A stretch of 64,000 nucleotides of DNA. Origin: an uncultured Gammaproteobacteria bacterium (lineage in GTDB: Bacteria; Patescibacteriota; Microgenomatia; CAZETR01; Amesbacteraceae). The stretch is taken from NCBI GenBank assembly GCA_964633995.1, contig CAZWKN010000002.1, positions 113,119 through 177,118 of the forward strand, in the 5' to 3' direction. Below, piece by piece: positions 9,359 through 19,348 of this stretch. Numbering within the stretch: the stretch's first letter is position 1; every line of letters begins with the position of its first letter. A model generated the notes under the pieces. The model did not search any database and was not told the origin of the DNA. It was given only the letters and a program-made list of their open reading frames with translations. The position numbers and the translations under genes were made by a program.

Positions 9359-11315
9359 AGACTAATGTAAACTCATATTTGCCTGTTTTGTAAATAACCC
9401 AGCCGTTTGCAAACCCATTTGCCAAAACGTGTCGATGGGGCACAGATACAGTTGATTTTAGCACCCAATTGTCGTTGAAAGTATCTGATAAAACCACTAA
9501 AAATGGCCCTTGGGCATCGAGAATTGTTAAACGATATTTAGTGTTGGAAATTTTTGTAATCCGGTATTTTGGAAGAACCATTGGGGATTGAATATCGAAG
9601 TTGGTTACCGCGACGGTGTGGGGGTCAAATCGATCGGAGGTTATTTCATCAACTACGTTTACCAAATTGGTCTGAAATATTGCGCTTGGGACTATATACA
9701 CCCTTTCCAAACGCCAATTATTGGCTATGGGCACAACGGTTAACATGCCTACCCGCTTAGGTGCCGATAGGTGTTTCCAAGTGGTAATGTAGTCGGGCTG
9801 GGTTAACAGGTTTTCCGAGACAAAACTGGCGTCTAAATCATGCCTAACAACTATGTTGTGGACGTTCATTACAGTGAGTAAATTAACAAAATTTGAGTTG
9901 GTTAAATTAGGTTCAAGTGCTTTTAAAAAGGAATCATAGTATTTGGTTTTAAGCAGTCTAGAAATAACAGGGTTAGCAAAAAAGAATTCACTCGGATCAC
10001 CACCGCGGTAACCCCATGAATACCTAACCCCTTCCCCCAGAGAAAACGGGAGCATAAAGACTCTACCCAAACCATCCTCCAATTCCATATTTGTTTGTTT
10101 AACATAGTCTGGAACACGTACTTTGAGTGAGTTTGAAAAGACAGAACCTGTCAATAGTGGAAGCGTTACTGAAAACATCAAAATAAACGATAATGCTTTT
10201 TTTACTGGGGACAAATGTATTATCCCCACCGCAAAGAAAATCGAATAGGCCATTACGTATACCAGCCCAAATTTCTCGAAGGGGTTTCTAAATACCGTGG
10301 AAGCTGGCACATATTTAAACAAGGTGTAAAAGAAAAGTTTACCGAACGGAGGATTAGTCGCTTTTGACACAAATAACCCAATAAAGAAAATTAGCCATAC
10401 ATACCATCGTATGGAATTTTTTTTTATGTGAAGCGCCCCCACTAATGCGATAGAAAATAGCACCAATTCGGAAATTATAAACTTGGGCTGACCACCGGCC
10501 TCTCTTAACAAGATGAGATCTGGAATGGTAAAAAATTTACTAAGCGACACGACTGTCCCATAAGAACTTTGAAATCCGCCAACTTCCGAAAAAGCTTGGG
10601 AATTGAGTTTGGCATAAGGAACGATCCACCATAAATTAATACATACCCAGACGAGAACTAATACGACAAGACTCTTTACAGGATGTATTAGTTTTGTGAA
10701 ATGAGTAACAAGAAACACAAAGGTAAGTAACCAAAAGGTAATTACCCAACTTGGAGCACCAAAAGCACTTGTTGAGAGCAAGGAAGCTATGATATATAAC
10801 AATAAATTGGACAGACTACCCGACCTTAAATATCTTATAGATCCTAGCGTAAACAAGGGAATGGTGGCCCAAGCTACGATTCCGGTAAATAAAAATCTCG
10901 ACCAAATTTGAGTCATTGAATACTGGTTAAACACATAAAAGACAGAAGCAAAGAACGCCAACAATGAATTTGAATAATCAGGCGTTGTTAATTCCTTGGT
11001 TAGTAAATAAAAAGAAATCCAACCACAGACAAGCAGGGCAAATGCAGTTAAGGCCTGAGTAACAACTATTGAATTAGTTAGCTTATAAACCAATGAAACC
11101 GGATAGAAGAATGCCACTCTGGGAAGAAGTACCGGCATTGGATAGCCGGTCCCAGTACTTACCCAGGAAGAGCTAAATAGTTTTACTGTTTGAACGGGAT
11201 TGTAAAAGGGCATACCCTCCTCCCCAGTGGCCAACATACGCCCGTCTCTAAACCACACAATCGTTATTAGTAGGGATGAAAATATAATTCCTATGAATAT
11301 CCACTTACTTTTCAT
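9348..11315 (-). CDS. Large polytopic membrane protein (655 aa) with C-terminal soluble domain; GT-C-like candidate, family not recognised
   Basis: Hydrophobic N-terminal ~420 aa with many predicted TM helices, then a hydrophilic ~230-aa tail; sits inside the glycosyltransferase run. Confidence 0.45.
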   Translation of the reverse strand: MKSKWIFIGIIFSSLLITIVWFRDGRMLATGEEGMPFYNPVQTVKLFSSSWVSTGTGYPMPVLLPRVAFFYPVSLVYKLTNSIVVTQALTAFALLVCGWISFYLLTKELTTPDYSNSLLAFFASVFYVFNQYSMTQIWSRFLFTGIVAWATIPLFTLGSIRYLRSGSLSNLLLYIIASLLSTSAFGAPSWVITFWLLTFVFLVTHFTKLIHPVKSLVVLVLVWVCINLWWIVPYAKLNSQAFSEVGGFQSSYGTVVSLSKFFTIPDLILLREAGGQPKFIISELVLFSIALVGALHIKKNSIRWYVWLIFFIGLFVSKATNPPFGKLFFYTLFKYVPASTVFRNPFEKFGLVYVMAYSIFFAVGIIHLSPVKKALSFILMFSVTLPLLTGSVFSNSLKVRVPDYVKQTNMELEDGLGRVFMLPFSLGEGVRYSWGYRGGDPSEFFFANPVISRLLKTKYYDSFLKALEPNLTNSNFVNLLTVMNVHNIVVRHDLDASFVSENLLTQPDYITTWKHLSAPKRVGMLTVVPIANNWRLERVYIVPSAIFQTNLVNVVDEITSDRFDPHTVAVTNFDIQSPMVLPKYRITKISNTKYRLTILDAQGPFLVVLSDTFNDNWVLKSTVSVPHRHVLANGFANGWVIYKTGKYEFTLVFDE

Positions 11316-12351
11316 TGGTTTTCCAATTCAATTTTTGAAACGTATTTTTCCCTCGAAGAAAAAAGTCCACACAGACACTTCCCTGGTACACAGGCAAGAC
11401 ATTCAATTTTTTAGCCGTTTTTACTCTCCTGGAAAACATTGAAGGCAGTAACACCATAAAGTGAATATGACCAAACAGTAGGGCTAGTACATAATTAAAC
11501 TTGCCAGTAATTAGATAATAAAAATAAGTTACCAATTCAAGTGGAAGTCTTAACAAAAAGACTTTCCATAGGTCAGATGACGAAAGATTTTTTACAAGCA
11601 AGAGTAAATTATTTCGGTGCTCCCAAAGTCTTTTTTTTATCGGAGAATTTTTACTTGTTGCTGCTACTTTGTGATATACAACCGCAGAAGGTTCCGATAT
11701 TACACGAAAATTAGAATTTAAGACACGCCAGCAAAAATCAATTTCTTCCATGTAATTAAAAAATGTGTTATCAAAAAGTCCGCCCGTAACTTTTAGTAGA
11801 CTTTTCCTGAACATTAGAGCAGCACCACTGGCCCAAAATAAGTTTGTGCGCGTGTCATACTGGCCGACGTCCATCTCCTGGTTTTCAAATAATCTCCCCC
11901 TTGTAAACGGGTAACCTAATAAATCGATGAATCCCCCACAAGCACCCGCGTAATCAAACCTCGATTTGTCGTAATAATATTTAATTTTCGGCTGGACTAC
12001 CCCAATTGTTGAGTCCTGATCCAAAGCTTTGACCAGATTAACTATACAGTTTTTTACAAGCAGGGTATCGTTGTTTAGAAGTAATACATATTTTCCTTTG
12101 ACATGTGAGATAGCAGCGTTATTACCTCCGGTGAAGCCCAGATTTTTTTGGAATCTAAGAACTTTAATTTTGGCTTTAAATTGTTGCTGCAAGATCTTGG
12201 CTTCATTAACCAATGACCCATTGTCGCAAACGAGTATCTCAAGATGTGATAAATAGTTTTTTTGTGACTTTAATATCGAATTAACGCACTCTTTGGTATC
12301 ATTAAGACCATTGAAATTCAAAATTACTATTGAGGTAAGTATTTTGTTCAT
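11305..12351 (-). CDS. GT2 family glycosyltransferase with C-terminal TM helices
   Basis: SIVILNFNGLNDT...ILVCDNGS...VLLLNNDTLL (DxD). Confidence 0.8.
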   Translation of the reverse strand: MNKILTSIVILNFNGLNDTKECVNSILKSQKNYLSHLEILVCDNGSLVNEAKILQQQFKAKIKVLRFQKNLGFTGGNNAAISHVKGKYVLLLNNDTLLVKNCIVNLVKALDQDSTIGVVQPKIKYYYDKSRFDYAGACGGFIDLLGYPFTRGRLFENQEMDVGQYDTRTNLFWASGAALMFRKSLLKVTGGLFDNTFFNYMEEIDFCWRVLNSNFRVISEPSAVVYHKVAATSKNSPIKKRLWEHRNNLLLLVKNLSSSDLWKVFLLRLPLELVTYFYYLITGKFNYVLALLFGHIHFMVLLPSMFSRRVKTAKKLNVLPVYQGSVCVDFFLRGKNTFQKLNWKTNEK

Positions 12352-13727
12352 TGTCTCCAGTATAATTTGGCTGTTTGAAAAGATAAATCGGGAAGATAAT
12401 TATTTTTTTCTACAAACTCTGAAATCCAATCTGTATTTTCATATGTAACGATTACAGCCGGAGATTTAGAAAGACCTGATTTTAATTCTTCGAGTGCACC
12501 GGGAATTGGTAATCCAAACGTATTGGCGTATTTGGTGGTTGGACGCCTGTCTGAATAAAACAGTAGTTCAGGGTCATCGTACCACATAAAGACCTGGGCA
12601 TCTTGAGGCGTCATTTTTTTGATCTTTAATCCAATGGCTCTGCCATCGTAGGCATATTTTGTGGTTGGTCCGAACGTGTAAGTGTACGCTAGTGAAGGAG
12701 GACAAAAAAACAACCAACCCCACCGAAAAAAAATAAAGCACAAAGCTAAAACAATAATTTTTCTGGCACTGTAATATTGCCACAACCACGCCATAAGCAA
12801 GATACTTGATTGAATCATGGGGAAATAGTAGTGGGCAACATTTCTTGAAGTAATTTTTGCTCCTAAATAATAGGCCAAAAACCACATAACAAGTATCAAA
12901 AAGTTAGAGGTAATCTTGGTTTTTGAAAAAATAATTGCTACGACCGTCGAACCAATGAGTACTAAAGCCAACGGAGGCAGGGTGACTAACCAGGGTATTA
13001 ATCCGTGTTTAGTAATCGACTCGAAAATACCTGTTTCAACATAAAATTTATTAAACAAAACAACCTGATTAAAAAAGTCAGTCAGACCCCGAGTTTGTGC
13101 AAACCAATATATAACGCTAATTATCGGTACCAGGGTCCCAGTGGCAAAAAAAAGAAGAGTCCTAACTCGATCATGTTTGGTTTTGAAAAATAAGATAATG
13201 AAAATTAACAGCAAGTTCACAAAAGCCACGGGTTTAATCAGGAGCGAAAAACCTGAAAGAAGTCCTAAGAACATGGGCTTATGATTAAAGTTCTTGTCGA
13301 GTAACCAAAGTTCAGCTAGCAAAAACGTGGACATAAAAACTTCAGTATTGCTTAACTGGCCTTCCAGGAGAAAGGAATTAGCCAACAAAATGTAAATAGC
13401 AGTAAAGAGATTGGCAGTGTTTTTATTAGCTGAAAATTTAATGAGAAGTAGATATATTAACAGGCCAGAGACCACAGAATTGACAAAACCCAAAAGTCTT
13501 ACAGAAAATTCTGACGCCCCAGTAAATTGAAACATAGCCCAATAAAGCAATTGAATCCCCGGTGGTTTGTGTTCAAATAAATCACGGTAAAGGACAAAAT
13601 CGGCATGAAAAAGTCGGGATGCGGCAAAAGCATACATGCCCTCGTCCCTATTTAGAGGCAAAGTCCAGGTTTGCCACCGCAGAACAAACGTCGCTAGAAG
13701 AAGTATTGTAATAATCCATTTGTTCAT
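12348..13727 (-). CDS. GT-C fold membrane glycosyltransferase, ArnT/PMT-like (GT83/GT39-type)
   Basis: Polytopic; first-loop acidic motif LNRDEGMYAFAASRL, typical of polyprenyl-phosphate-sugar-dependent GT-C enzymes. Confidence 0.65.
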   Translation of the reverse strand: MNKWIITILLLATFVLRWQTWTLPLNRDEGMYAFAASRLFHADFVLYRDLFEHKPPGIQLLYWAMFQFTGASEFSVRLLGFVNSVVSGLLIYLLLIKFSANKNTANLFTAIYILLANSFLLEGQLSNTEVFMSTFLLAELWLLDKNFNHKPMFLGLLSGFSLLIKPVAFVNLLLIFIILFFKTKHDRVRTLLFFATGTLVPIISVIYWFAQTRGLTDFFNQVVLFNKFYVETGIFESITKHGLIPWLVTLPPLALVLIGSTVVAIIFSKTKITSNFLILVMWFLAYYLGAKITSRNVAHYYFPMIQSSILLMAWLWQYYSARKIIVLALCFIFFRWGWLFFCPPSLAYTYTFGPTTKYAYDGRAIGLKIKKMTPQDAQVFMWYDDPELLFYSDRRPTTKYANTFGLPIPGALEELKSGLSKSPAVIVTYENTDWISEFVEKNNYLPDLSFQTAKLYWRQ

Positions 13728-13732
13728 TAAAT

Positions 13733-14452
13733 TTAGGAAAGTTCGTCCCAGTATTTGAAAATTTCTTTAAAGATCATTAGGGGTACTTTGGGATGGACGA
13801 AGGCAAATATTTTACTTCTTTTCCCAATTTCGTAGATAGTCTTGCCCTTGGTCCTAGGAAAATGTCGCACACCAACCTGTCCTATCGTAAAGCCCTGTTT
13901 CTGAGCTTTTAGCAAAACCTCTGCGTCAATTAAGCCAGTTTCGCATTTTAAATCTAGGTTTTTAAATATTGTTCTTTTATATAGCTTAAAAGAACAATCA
14001 ATATCCTTAACTCGCAAACCAAGTAACAGGCTAATAATAATATTGTATGCATGAGAAACTAATATTCTCATTAAGGGGTCGTTGTGGTTAATCCTATAGC
14101 CTGCGACTATGTCGTAATGCTTGATCAATGGGATAAGTTTAGTTAAATCATGAATATCAAACTGCCCATCGGAGTCAGTATAAAAAATTAGCTCTCCCCG
14201 AGCGGAGCTAAAACCGGACCTCAATGTGGCCCCATATCCTTTATTAACTTCGTGGGTAACCAATCTAAGATTTGGTACATGCTTGATTAAACTACTAACC
14301 ACTTTTCCTGTTTTATCGAGACTCCCATCATTGACTACAATAATTTCATAGGAAGAAAAATTTTTGGCAAGAAACTTGTTGATTGAGTTAACAACAGGGC
14401 GAATGTTTTCTTCTTCATTATATGCAGGTAGCACCACCGATATCTTTTTCAT
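13733..14452 (-). CDS. Polyprenyl-phosphate glycosyltransferase (DPM1/ArnC/GtrB-like GT2)
   Basis: ISVVLPAYNEEENI...YEIIVVNDGSLDKTGKV...VNKGYGATLRSGF...IFYTDSDGQFD, the short soluble GT2 architecture of dolichyl/undecaprenyl-phosphate sugar synthases. Confidence 0.85.
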   Translation of the reverse strand: MKKISVVLPAYNEEENIRPVVNSINKFLAKNFSSYEIIVVNDGSLDKTGKVVSSLIKHVPNLRLVTHEVNKGYGATLRSGFSSARGELIFYTDSDGQFDIHDLTKLIPLIKHYDIVAGYRINHNDPLMRILVSHAYNIIISLLLGLRVKDIDCSFKLYKRTIFKNLDLKCETGLIDAEVLLKAQKQGFTIGQVGVRHFPRTKGKTIYEIGKRSKIFAFVHPKVPLMIFKEIFKYWDELS

Positions 14453-14457
14453 AGAAT

Positions 14458-15297
14458 CTACTTTTGAGCCTCTATGAATATACCTACTGTAGGAGTAGAC
14501 AAAGAAAATTCTCTGTCGTTGTAGCCATCAATATACTTGATGAAGTTTAATAATTGTTGATACCAATTATCGGGCTTGGTTTCACTAGTAAATTTGTTCA
14601 GGGTTGTGGTAATTGTTTTTGGAAAAAGCTTTGATTTACGGATGTTGTAACCAATATTAAGTAAAAAATGATTGAATGGTATACCCCTATTAGTTATGAC
14701 CTTTATTTTGTTGACTGTCAGGCCAGCGCTTTCTACCGCTGAGACGAGACTTTGAGGAGTATAAAGTCTAATATGCTGATTCCAAACTCCTGCCCAAAAA
14801 CCATTTTTGAAGTGAAAATTAAATAAATGCTCTAATAACCAATTAACCGGATCCCACAATAATGGATAGTTGTGGCTTGGGACGGTTATTGCGATTTTTC
14901 CACCCTTTTTTATAATGCGCTTAAACTCTTTTAAGCCTGCTACATCGTCGGGGAGATGTTCCAAAACCTCACTACAGATAACTTTGTCGAACGATCCAGC
15001 CTTAAATGGCATTTTGGTTACATCGCCTTCAACCAATTTAAGTTTGTTTGATCTGACGTAATTTTTAGCTAAAGCCAATGCCTTGGGATTGTCATCTAGA
15101 CCAACCAGCTTAGCTTTTGACAGGTTTGACAAAAGATGAAGGTAAAAACCGTCACCGCAACCAGCATCTAGCACAACTTCGTTCGGCTTGGGATCAAGTG
15201 ACAAAACTATTTCTTTTGCCCGTCGCTTCAAACACATGTCTCCCGTGTTGAAAAGTAATTTATCAAGCAGTTTTTTGTCCAACATAGATCGAATCAT
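14458..15297 (-). CDS. Class I SAM-dependent methyltransferase
   Basis: VLDAGCGDGFYLHLL (motif I), LVGLDDNP, VICSEVLEHL, GGKIAITVP. Confidence 0.85.
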   Translation of the reverse strand: MIRSMLDKKLLDKLLFNTGDMCLKRRAKEIVLSLDPKPNEVVLDAGCGDGFYLHLLSNLSKAKLVGLDDNPKALALAKNYVRSNKLKLVEGDVTKMPFKAGSFDKVICSEVLEHLPDDVAGLKEFKRIIKKGGKIAITVPSHNYPLLWDPVNWLLEHLFNFHFKNGFWAGVWNQHIRLYTPQSLVSAVESAGLTVNKIKVITNRGIPFNHFLLNIGYNIRKSKLFPKTITTTLNKFTSETKPDNWYQQLLNFIKYIDGYNDREFSLSTPTVGIFIEAQK

Positions 15298-16429
15298 ACA
15301 TGGTAGTAATAACTTTGGCTAGTCTTGGACCAAACTTTTTTGCGAATCGTGCTGACTGTTCTGACATGTCTTGTGCGACATCTGGATGTGTAATTAGATA
15401 ATTGACTTTGTCTACGATCTCGTTTACTTCTGGATGTACTAAAAATGCTACTTTTTCCGGGAGTCGATATGCTCCAGAACCGGGGTTAGTTACGATTACT
15501 GGAGTTCCGCAAGATAATGAGTCAAGGATTGAATAGGCCATGTCCTCTTTGTAGAGAGCGGGGTAGATCATCACGTCAGACGCTGAGTAGATCGGAGGAA
15601 GATCGTCGTGGGGAATTTTTCCCAAAAAATGTATGTTGGGAAAGTGCTTTGTAGCAGACAAAACCGCGTTTAATTCCGGGCCATCATCTCCTACAATTTT
15701 TAAAGATATTTTTTGAGAAATTTTCGATAGGGTTTCCAATACCAGCCTTATGCCCTTTTCGGGAATAAGTCGTCCAACATAAAGTGCGGTAAAAACATTT
15801 TGCCATCCTAATTTTTTACGTAGAGCTGCTTTTTTTAGTGATGGCTTAAATTTCTCTTGATCAATCCAGTGACTAAATATTTTTATTTTTTTTGGATCAA
15901 GTCCCAGGCTGACAAGTTCCTTTTTTGAGTCGTAAGATTGAGCCAAAATCCCATCCAATCCGGACAGAAGCCATCTAGAAATTGTAAAAAATAAGGTTTT
16001 TTCCTTGAAATTAAATAGCGTCTCCGTGCTCATAACCACGGGCTTGTTGAAAAGAATTTTTAAAATCCTCGCTGAAAATGCCGAGGAGAGTCCAATAGCG
16101 TGAATTACATCCACTTTTCGATTATTAACAAGCATGAAAAAAAACGATCTTATAAATAGATATGGCGTAAGATATAAAAAATTAAAAATGGGGTGTAAAT
16201 TAACGAACACGTTAAAATAATTACCAGAAATCCAGCTATAACGGTGAATTTCAAGATTTGGGCTGATCTCAACTCCTAGGCCTTTCGCTTTCGTTGTAAT
16301 TGGTTGATAAGTTAGAACGTAAGTAAAATAGCCATGGGTACTAAGATAATTTGTCAAATCGTTTAAATGTACTTCGACCCCACCCAAATTTGGCCTGAAG
16401 GCGGGAGTGATAAGTAATATATTTTTCAT
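15263..16429 (-). CDS. GT4 family glycosyltransferase
   Basis: MKNILLITPAF...YVGRLIPEKG...KIVGDDGPE...EDMAYSILDSLSCGTPVIVT. Confidence 0.8.
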   Translation of the reverse strand: MKNILLITPAFRPNLGGVEVHLNDLTNYLSTHGYFTYVLTYQPITTKAKGLGVEISPNLEIHRYSWISGNYFNVFVNLHPIFNFLYLTPYLFIRSFFFMLVNNRKVDVIHAIGLSSAFSARILKILFNKPVVMSTETLFNFKEKTLFFTISRWLLSGLDGILAQSYDSKKELVSLGLDPKKIKIFSHWIDQEKFKPSLKKAALRKKLGWQNVFTALYVGRLIPEKGIRLVLETLSKISQKISLKIVGDDGPELNAVLSATKHFPNIHFLGKIPHDDLPPIYSASDVMIYPALYKEDMAYSILDSLSCGTPVIVTNPGSGAYRLPEKVAFLVHPEVNEIVDKVNYLITHPDVAQDMSEQSARFAKKFGPRLAKVITTMYDSIYVGQKTA

Positions 16430-17535
16430 GGTAGAAAGATGTTAACGAACTGATTATAGCTGGTTTCCCACGAGAATTTTTTGGAATGCTCAACGCATTG
16501 TTTGGACAAACTTTGAAGCAGTTGTTTGTTTTCGATAAGGCTAAGAATGGAATTGGAGATTTCAGATACTGCCGGGTTTGAGGAAAGGACGATGCCAGTC
16601 TTACCGTTAATAACTGAATCCCTAAGACCCGTTACATCGGTGACAATAGCGGGGGTTCCACAAGCTGCACACTCGGTAACCGTCATACCCCAACCCTCTT
16701 TGACCGAAGGAAAGACAAGAACCCAGGCTGATTGCATAAGTTTCAATTTGGCGTCTTTTGAATTTTTGGAAAAGAACCATGTATTTTCATCTGCAAAAAA
16801 AACATTATTTTGTAAATTTAAACTATTACGTAGGGCTTGCAAATTAGCCCGCTCATAGCCGGTGCCAATTATTGTTAATTTAGCTTTTGGATATTTTAGG
16901 ACAACATCTACCATGGCCCGTACAGCCAAATCGGTTCTTTTCATTCTTACTAATCTGTTTACACAAATAAAATGGGGGTTCTTGTCTTTTTTGCCAGGTT
17001 TATACCTTTGACGATCCAGTCCAAGTGAAAAGGTGAAAATATTGCGGGACGGGATGCCCATCGATTCCAAATCTTTTTTTGTGCTGTTTGCATAACAGAC
17101 AAATTTGGTTGTCCGATAAAATAGATACTGAATAACTTCGATAAAGTAGCCAAATTGGGCAATCAGGGGTGGAAACTCATAAAAAAAGACCTCCCTGGCC
17201 AGTTGATTAAGATAGGCTACTTTCAAGGATTTCCATGCCCAAAGTGGAGTCTGCCAACAAATAGTATTAGAGGCATCTAAGATGACATCTGGTTTTTGGT
17301 GCAGTGACCAATAATAAATTGGGGCGATAAAGAATGTTGTTACCAAATTACCACGACGAATGATTGTTATTCCGTCAATGACTTCCGAAGAAGCCGCACC
17401 TTTATAGCTTTTGCAATACCAAGTGACATTATGTCCGTCTAAAACCAGGCGTTTTGCCAATTCATAAATAATGACTTCAGCTCCACCAACAGCAGGGTTT
17501 CTGATGTCTTTCCAATTCAAAATCAAGATCTTCAT
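16426..17535 (-). CDS. GT4 family glycosyltransferase
   Basis: MKILILNW...VNRLVRMKRTDLA...IIGTGYE...VKEGWGMTVTECAACGTPAIVTDV. Confidence 0.8.
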   Translation of the reverse strand: MKILILNWKDIRNPAVGGAEVIIYELAKRLVLDGHNVTWYCKSYKGAASSEVIDGITIIRRGNLVTTFFIAPIYYWSLHQKPDVILDASNTICWQTPLWAWKSLKVAYLNQLAREVFFYEFPPLIAQFGYFIEVIQYLFYRTTKFVCYANSTKKDLESMGIPSRNIFTFSLGLDRQRYKPGKKDKNPHFICVNRLVRMKRTDLAVRAMVDVVLKYPKAKLTIIGTGYERANLQALRNSLNLQNNVFFADENTWFFSKNSKDAKLKLMQSAWVLVFPSVKEGWGMTVTECAACGTPAIVTDVTGLRDSVINGKTGIVLSSNPAVSEISNSILSLIENKQLLQSLSKQCVEHSKKFSWETSYNQFVNIFLP

Positions 17536-18569
17536 GCCAATTTATTCTTAATAGTTCCCCAGCCATAAACCACGCAAATACCCAAACACATAACTGGGTG
17601 AATAAACCAAGCTGGGTCGTGGATATGCACAAAACCAACTAAAGCGTCGATCGTGGGTTTGACAAGAGTTAAACTGTAAAATATATATTTAATCAGAGCC
17701 AGCTCGTCACCAGGCATGTAAACACTGTATCGTCTCTTTGAATTGTCTGCAAAATGATACTGAGTTACAAATTTCAATCGCCGGCTTAGAAAACTTCCTA
17801 TTCCTCTGGACCCAGTCAGATGTATCAATGAGTTTTTCACAAATGCAAACCTGGTGTGACCAGATTTAATTACATCCACCATGACATCAATCGGATAGTG
17901 GTGACTGGGGCGAACATCGGCATTGTTTTTTACAAGAACACGTCTCATCAAACATCCATTAGTCCCTATGGTTGGAACTTTTCTGGGATTGGGATCAAAT
18001 TCGACAATATAGTAATCTCCCTTGTCCTGTGAACGGCCAAGTAGATTCCAGTGCCGGGATGTTTGAGACATACGGTCTGCCTTGCCAAGGTAATATGGAA
18101 TGGGATCAAGCGTCCCAAACAACGCATAATACCTATCGAGAGCCGAAAATTTTGGATCGTATTTGAAATAACAACTTTCAACCGCAACTACCTTAGGATC
18201 ATCTAGTAGAGGCTGAACAAGTTCGCGCAGATAATTTGGGGTTGGCATGAAATTGTCATGATCAAGAATTAGTACCAACTCGTTTTTAGCGGCGTTGAAT
18301 GCAACTCCTCGGTTGTATTCTGCGTTTTGATGCTCTTTCGGGATATAAACCACCTTGGTGTTAAATTTTTTTGCCAGGGGAATTATTTGCTTTGAGCCAC
18401 CATGACCCAAGATAATTTCGATGTTTTTTTGTGGATAATTTTGCGCCCTGACCAATTGCAAACAATGTTCAAGAATCTGTTCAGATCCGTCGTAGCTGGC
18501 GGTTACCACAGATATGGTAGGTAATTTTATTGTTGTTTTTGCCATACGACTTTTTGTAAATAGTTCCAT
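17532..18569 (-). CDS. GT2 family glycosyltransferase
   Basis: ISVVTASYDGSEQ...IEIILGHGGS...LVLILDHDNFMP (DxD). Confidence 0.75.
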   Translation of the reverse strand: MELFTKSRMAKTTIKLPTISVVTASYDGSEQILEHCLQLVRAQNYPQKNIEIILGHGGSKQIIPLAKKFNTKVVYIPKEHQNAEYNRGVAFNAAKNELVLILDHDNFMPTPNYLRELVQPLLDDPKVVAVESCYFKYDPKFSALDRYYALFGTLDPIPYYLGKADRMSQTSRHWNLLGRSQDKGDYYIVEFDPNPRKVPTIGTNGCLMRRVLVKNNADVRPSHHYPIDVMVDVIKSGHTRFAFVKNSLIHLTGSRGIGSFLSRRLKFVTQYHFADNSKRRYSVYMPGDELALIKYIFYSLTLVKPTIDALVGFVHIHDPAWFIHPVMCLGICVVYGWGTIKNKLA

Positions 18570-19348
18570 ATTGATGATGGAAGGGTTTTGTTTAACACAC
18601 TAAGAACTAGTGCATCAAAACCAATTAAGAGTTCTTTCGGTGGATTGGGTGACTGGAGCACCTGTAATAGTTTTAAAGACACGTTGTCTGGGGTTGTCAT
18701 AGGTAATAATAGTCTCAAAAGTGGAATTTTTGACCTTGCAGACTTAGGTGGCTCGGGAATATTGGGATTGCTAATTGCACCCGGCAATATGCAAGTTACG
18801 TGAACATTCCTTGGAGATAACTCAAAATATTGAGCTTCTACTAGCGCGCGAAGCGCATGTTTGGACGCAGAATAAATACTGTAATTTGGGAAACTTATTA
18901 GTCCACTTAATGATGAAACCGCTATTAAATGACCAGAATTTTTCGTTAGCATTGGTAAACACAAATTAGCAATCCGTAAATAGCCGATGGTATTTAGGTC
19001 TAACGTCTTTGCAAGGTCGGAGGGAAGAGCTGCTGAGCTTAAACCTGACGGGCTTATACCAACAAGGTAAATTAGAGCATCCAAACCGATTGTGGATTTC
19101 AATAATTCTCCCACGGCAGCCTGACATGACTTGTCTGAGGTGACATCAATTTGAACTGGTACGACGAACTTTTCAGCCTGAATTCGAGTTGAATCGTAAC
19201 CTGCGTACACCATGTAACCTTGACTAACTAATAAGTGGGTTAGGCTGGTCCCCAGCCTAGAAGATGCCCCAACTATAAATACTTTTTTGATCATGCTAAA
19301 TATTTTACAACGAATTGACCTCCCAAATTTGGGAATTTGAGTTTTCAA
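18527..19348 (-). CDS. Short-chain dehydrogenase/reductase (SDR) family oxidoreductase
   Basis: Probable start M19 (19294): MIKKVFIVGASSRLG (Rossmann TGxxxG-type); YSASKHAL (YxxxK catalytic motif). Confidence 0.8.
   Translation of the reverse strand: MKTQIPKFGRSIRCKIFSMIKKVFIVGASSRLGTSLTHLLVSQGYMVYAGYDSTRIQAEKFVVPVQIDVTSDKSCQAAVGELLKSTIGLDALIYLVGISPSGLSSAALPSDLAKTLDLNTIGYLRIANLCLPMLTKNSGHLIAVSSLSGLISFPNYSIYSASKHALRALVEAQYFELSPRNVHVTCILPGAISNPNIPEPPKSARSKIPLLRLLLPMTTPDNVSLKLLQVLQSPNPPKELLIGFDALVLSVLNKTLPSSIWNYLQKVVWQKQQ

Noticed and set aside
18527-19348. Possible role of the SDR as a UDP-sugar 4-epimerase/dehydratase
   Set aside because: The N-terminus fits a classical SDR (short Rossmann motif, YxxxK) but lacks the extended NAD(P)-binding GxxGxxG of the GalE/RmlB-like extended SDRs. 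It is left as a generic SDR.
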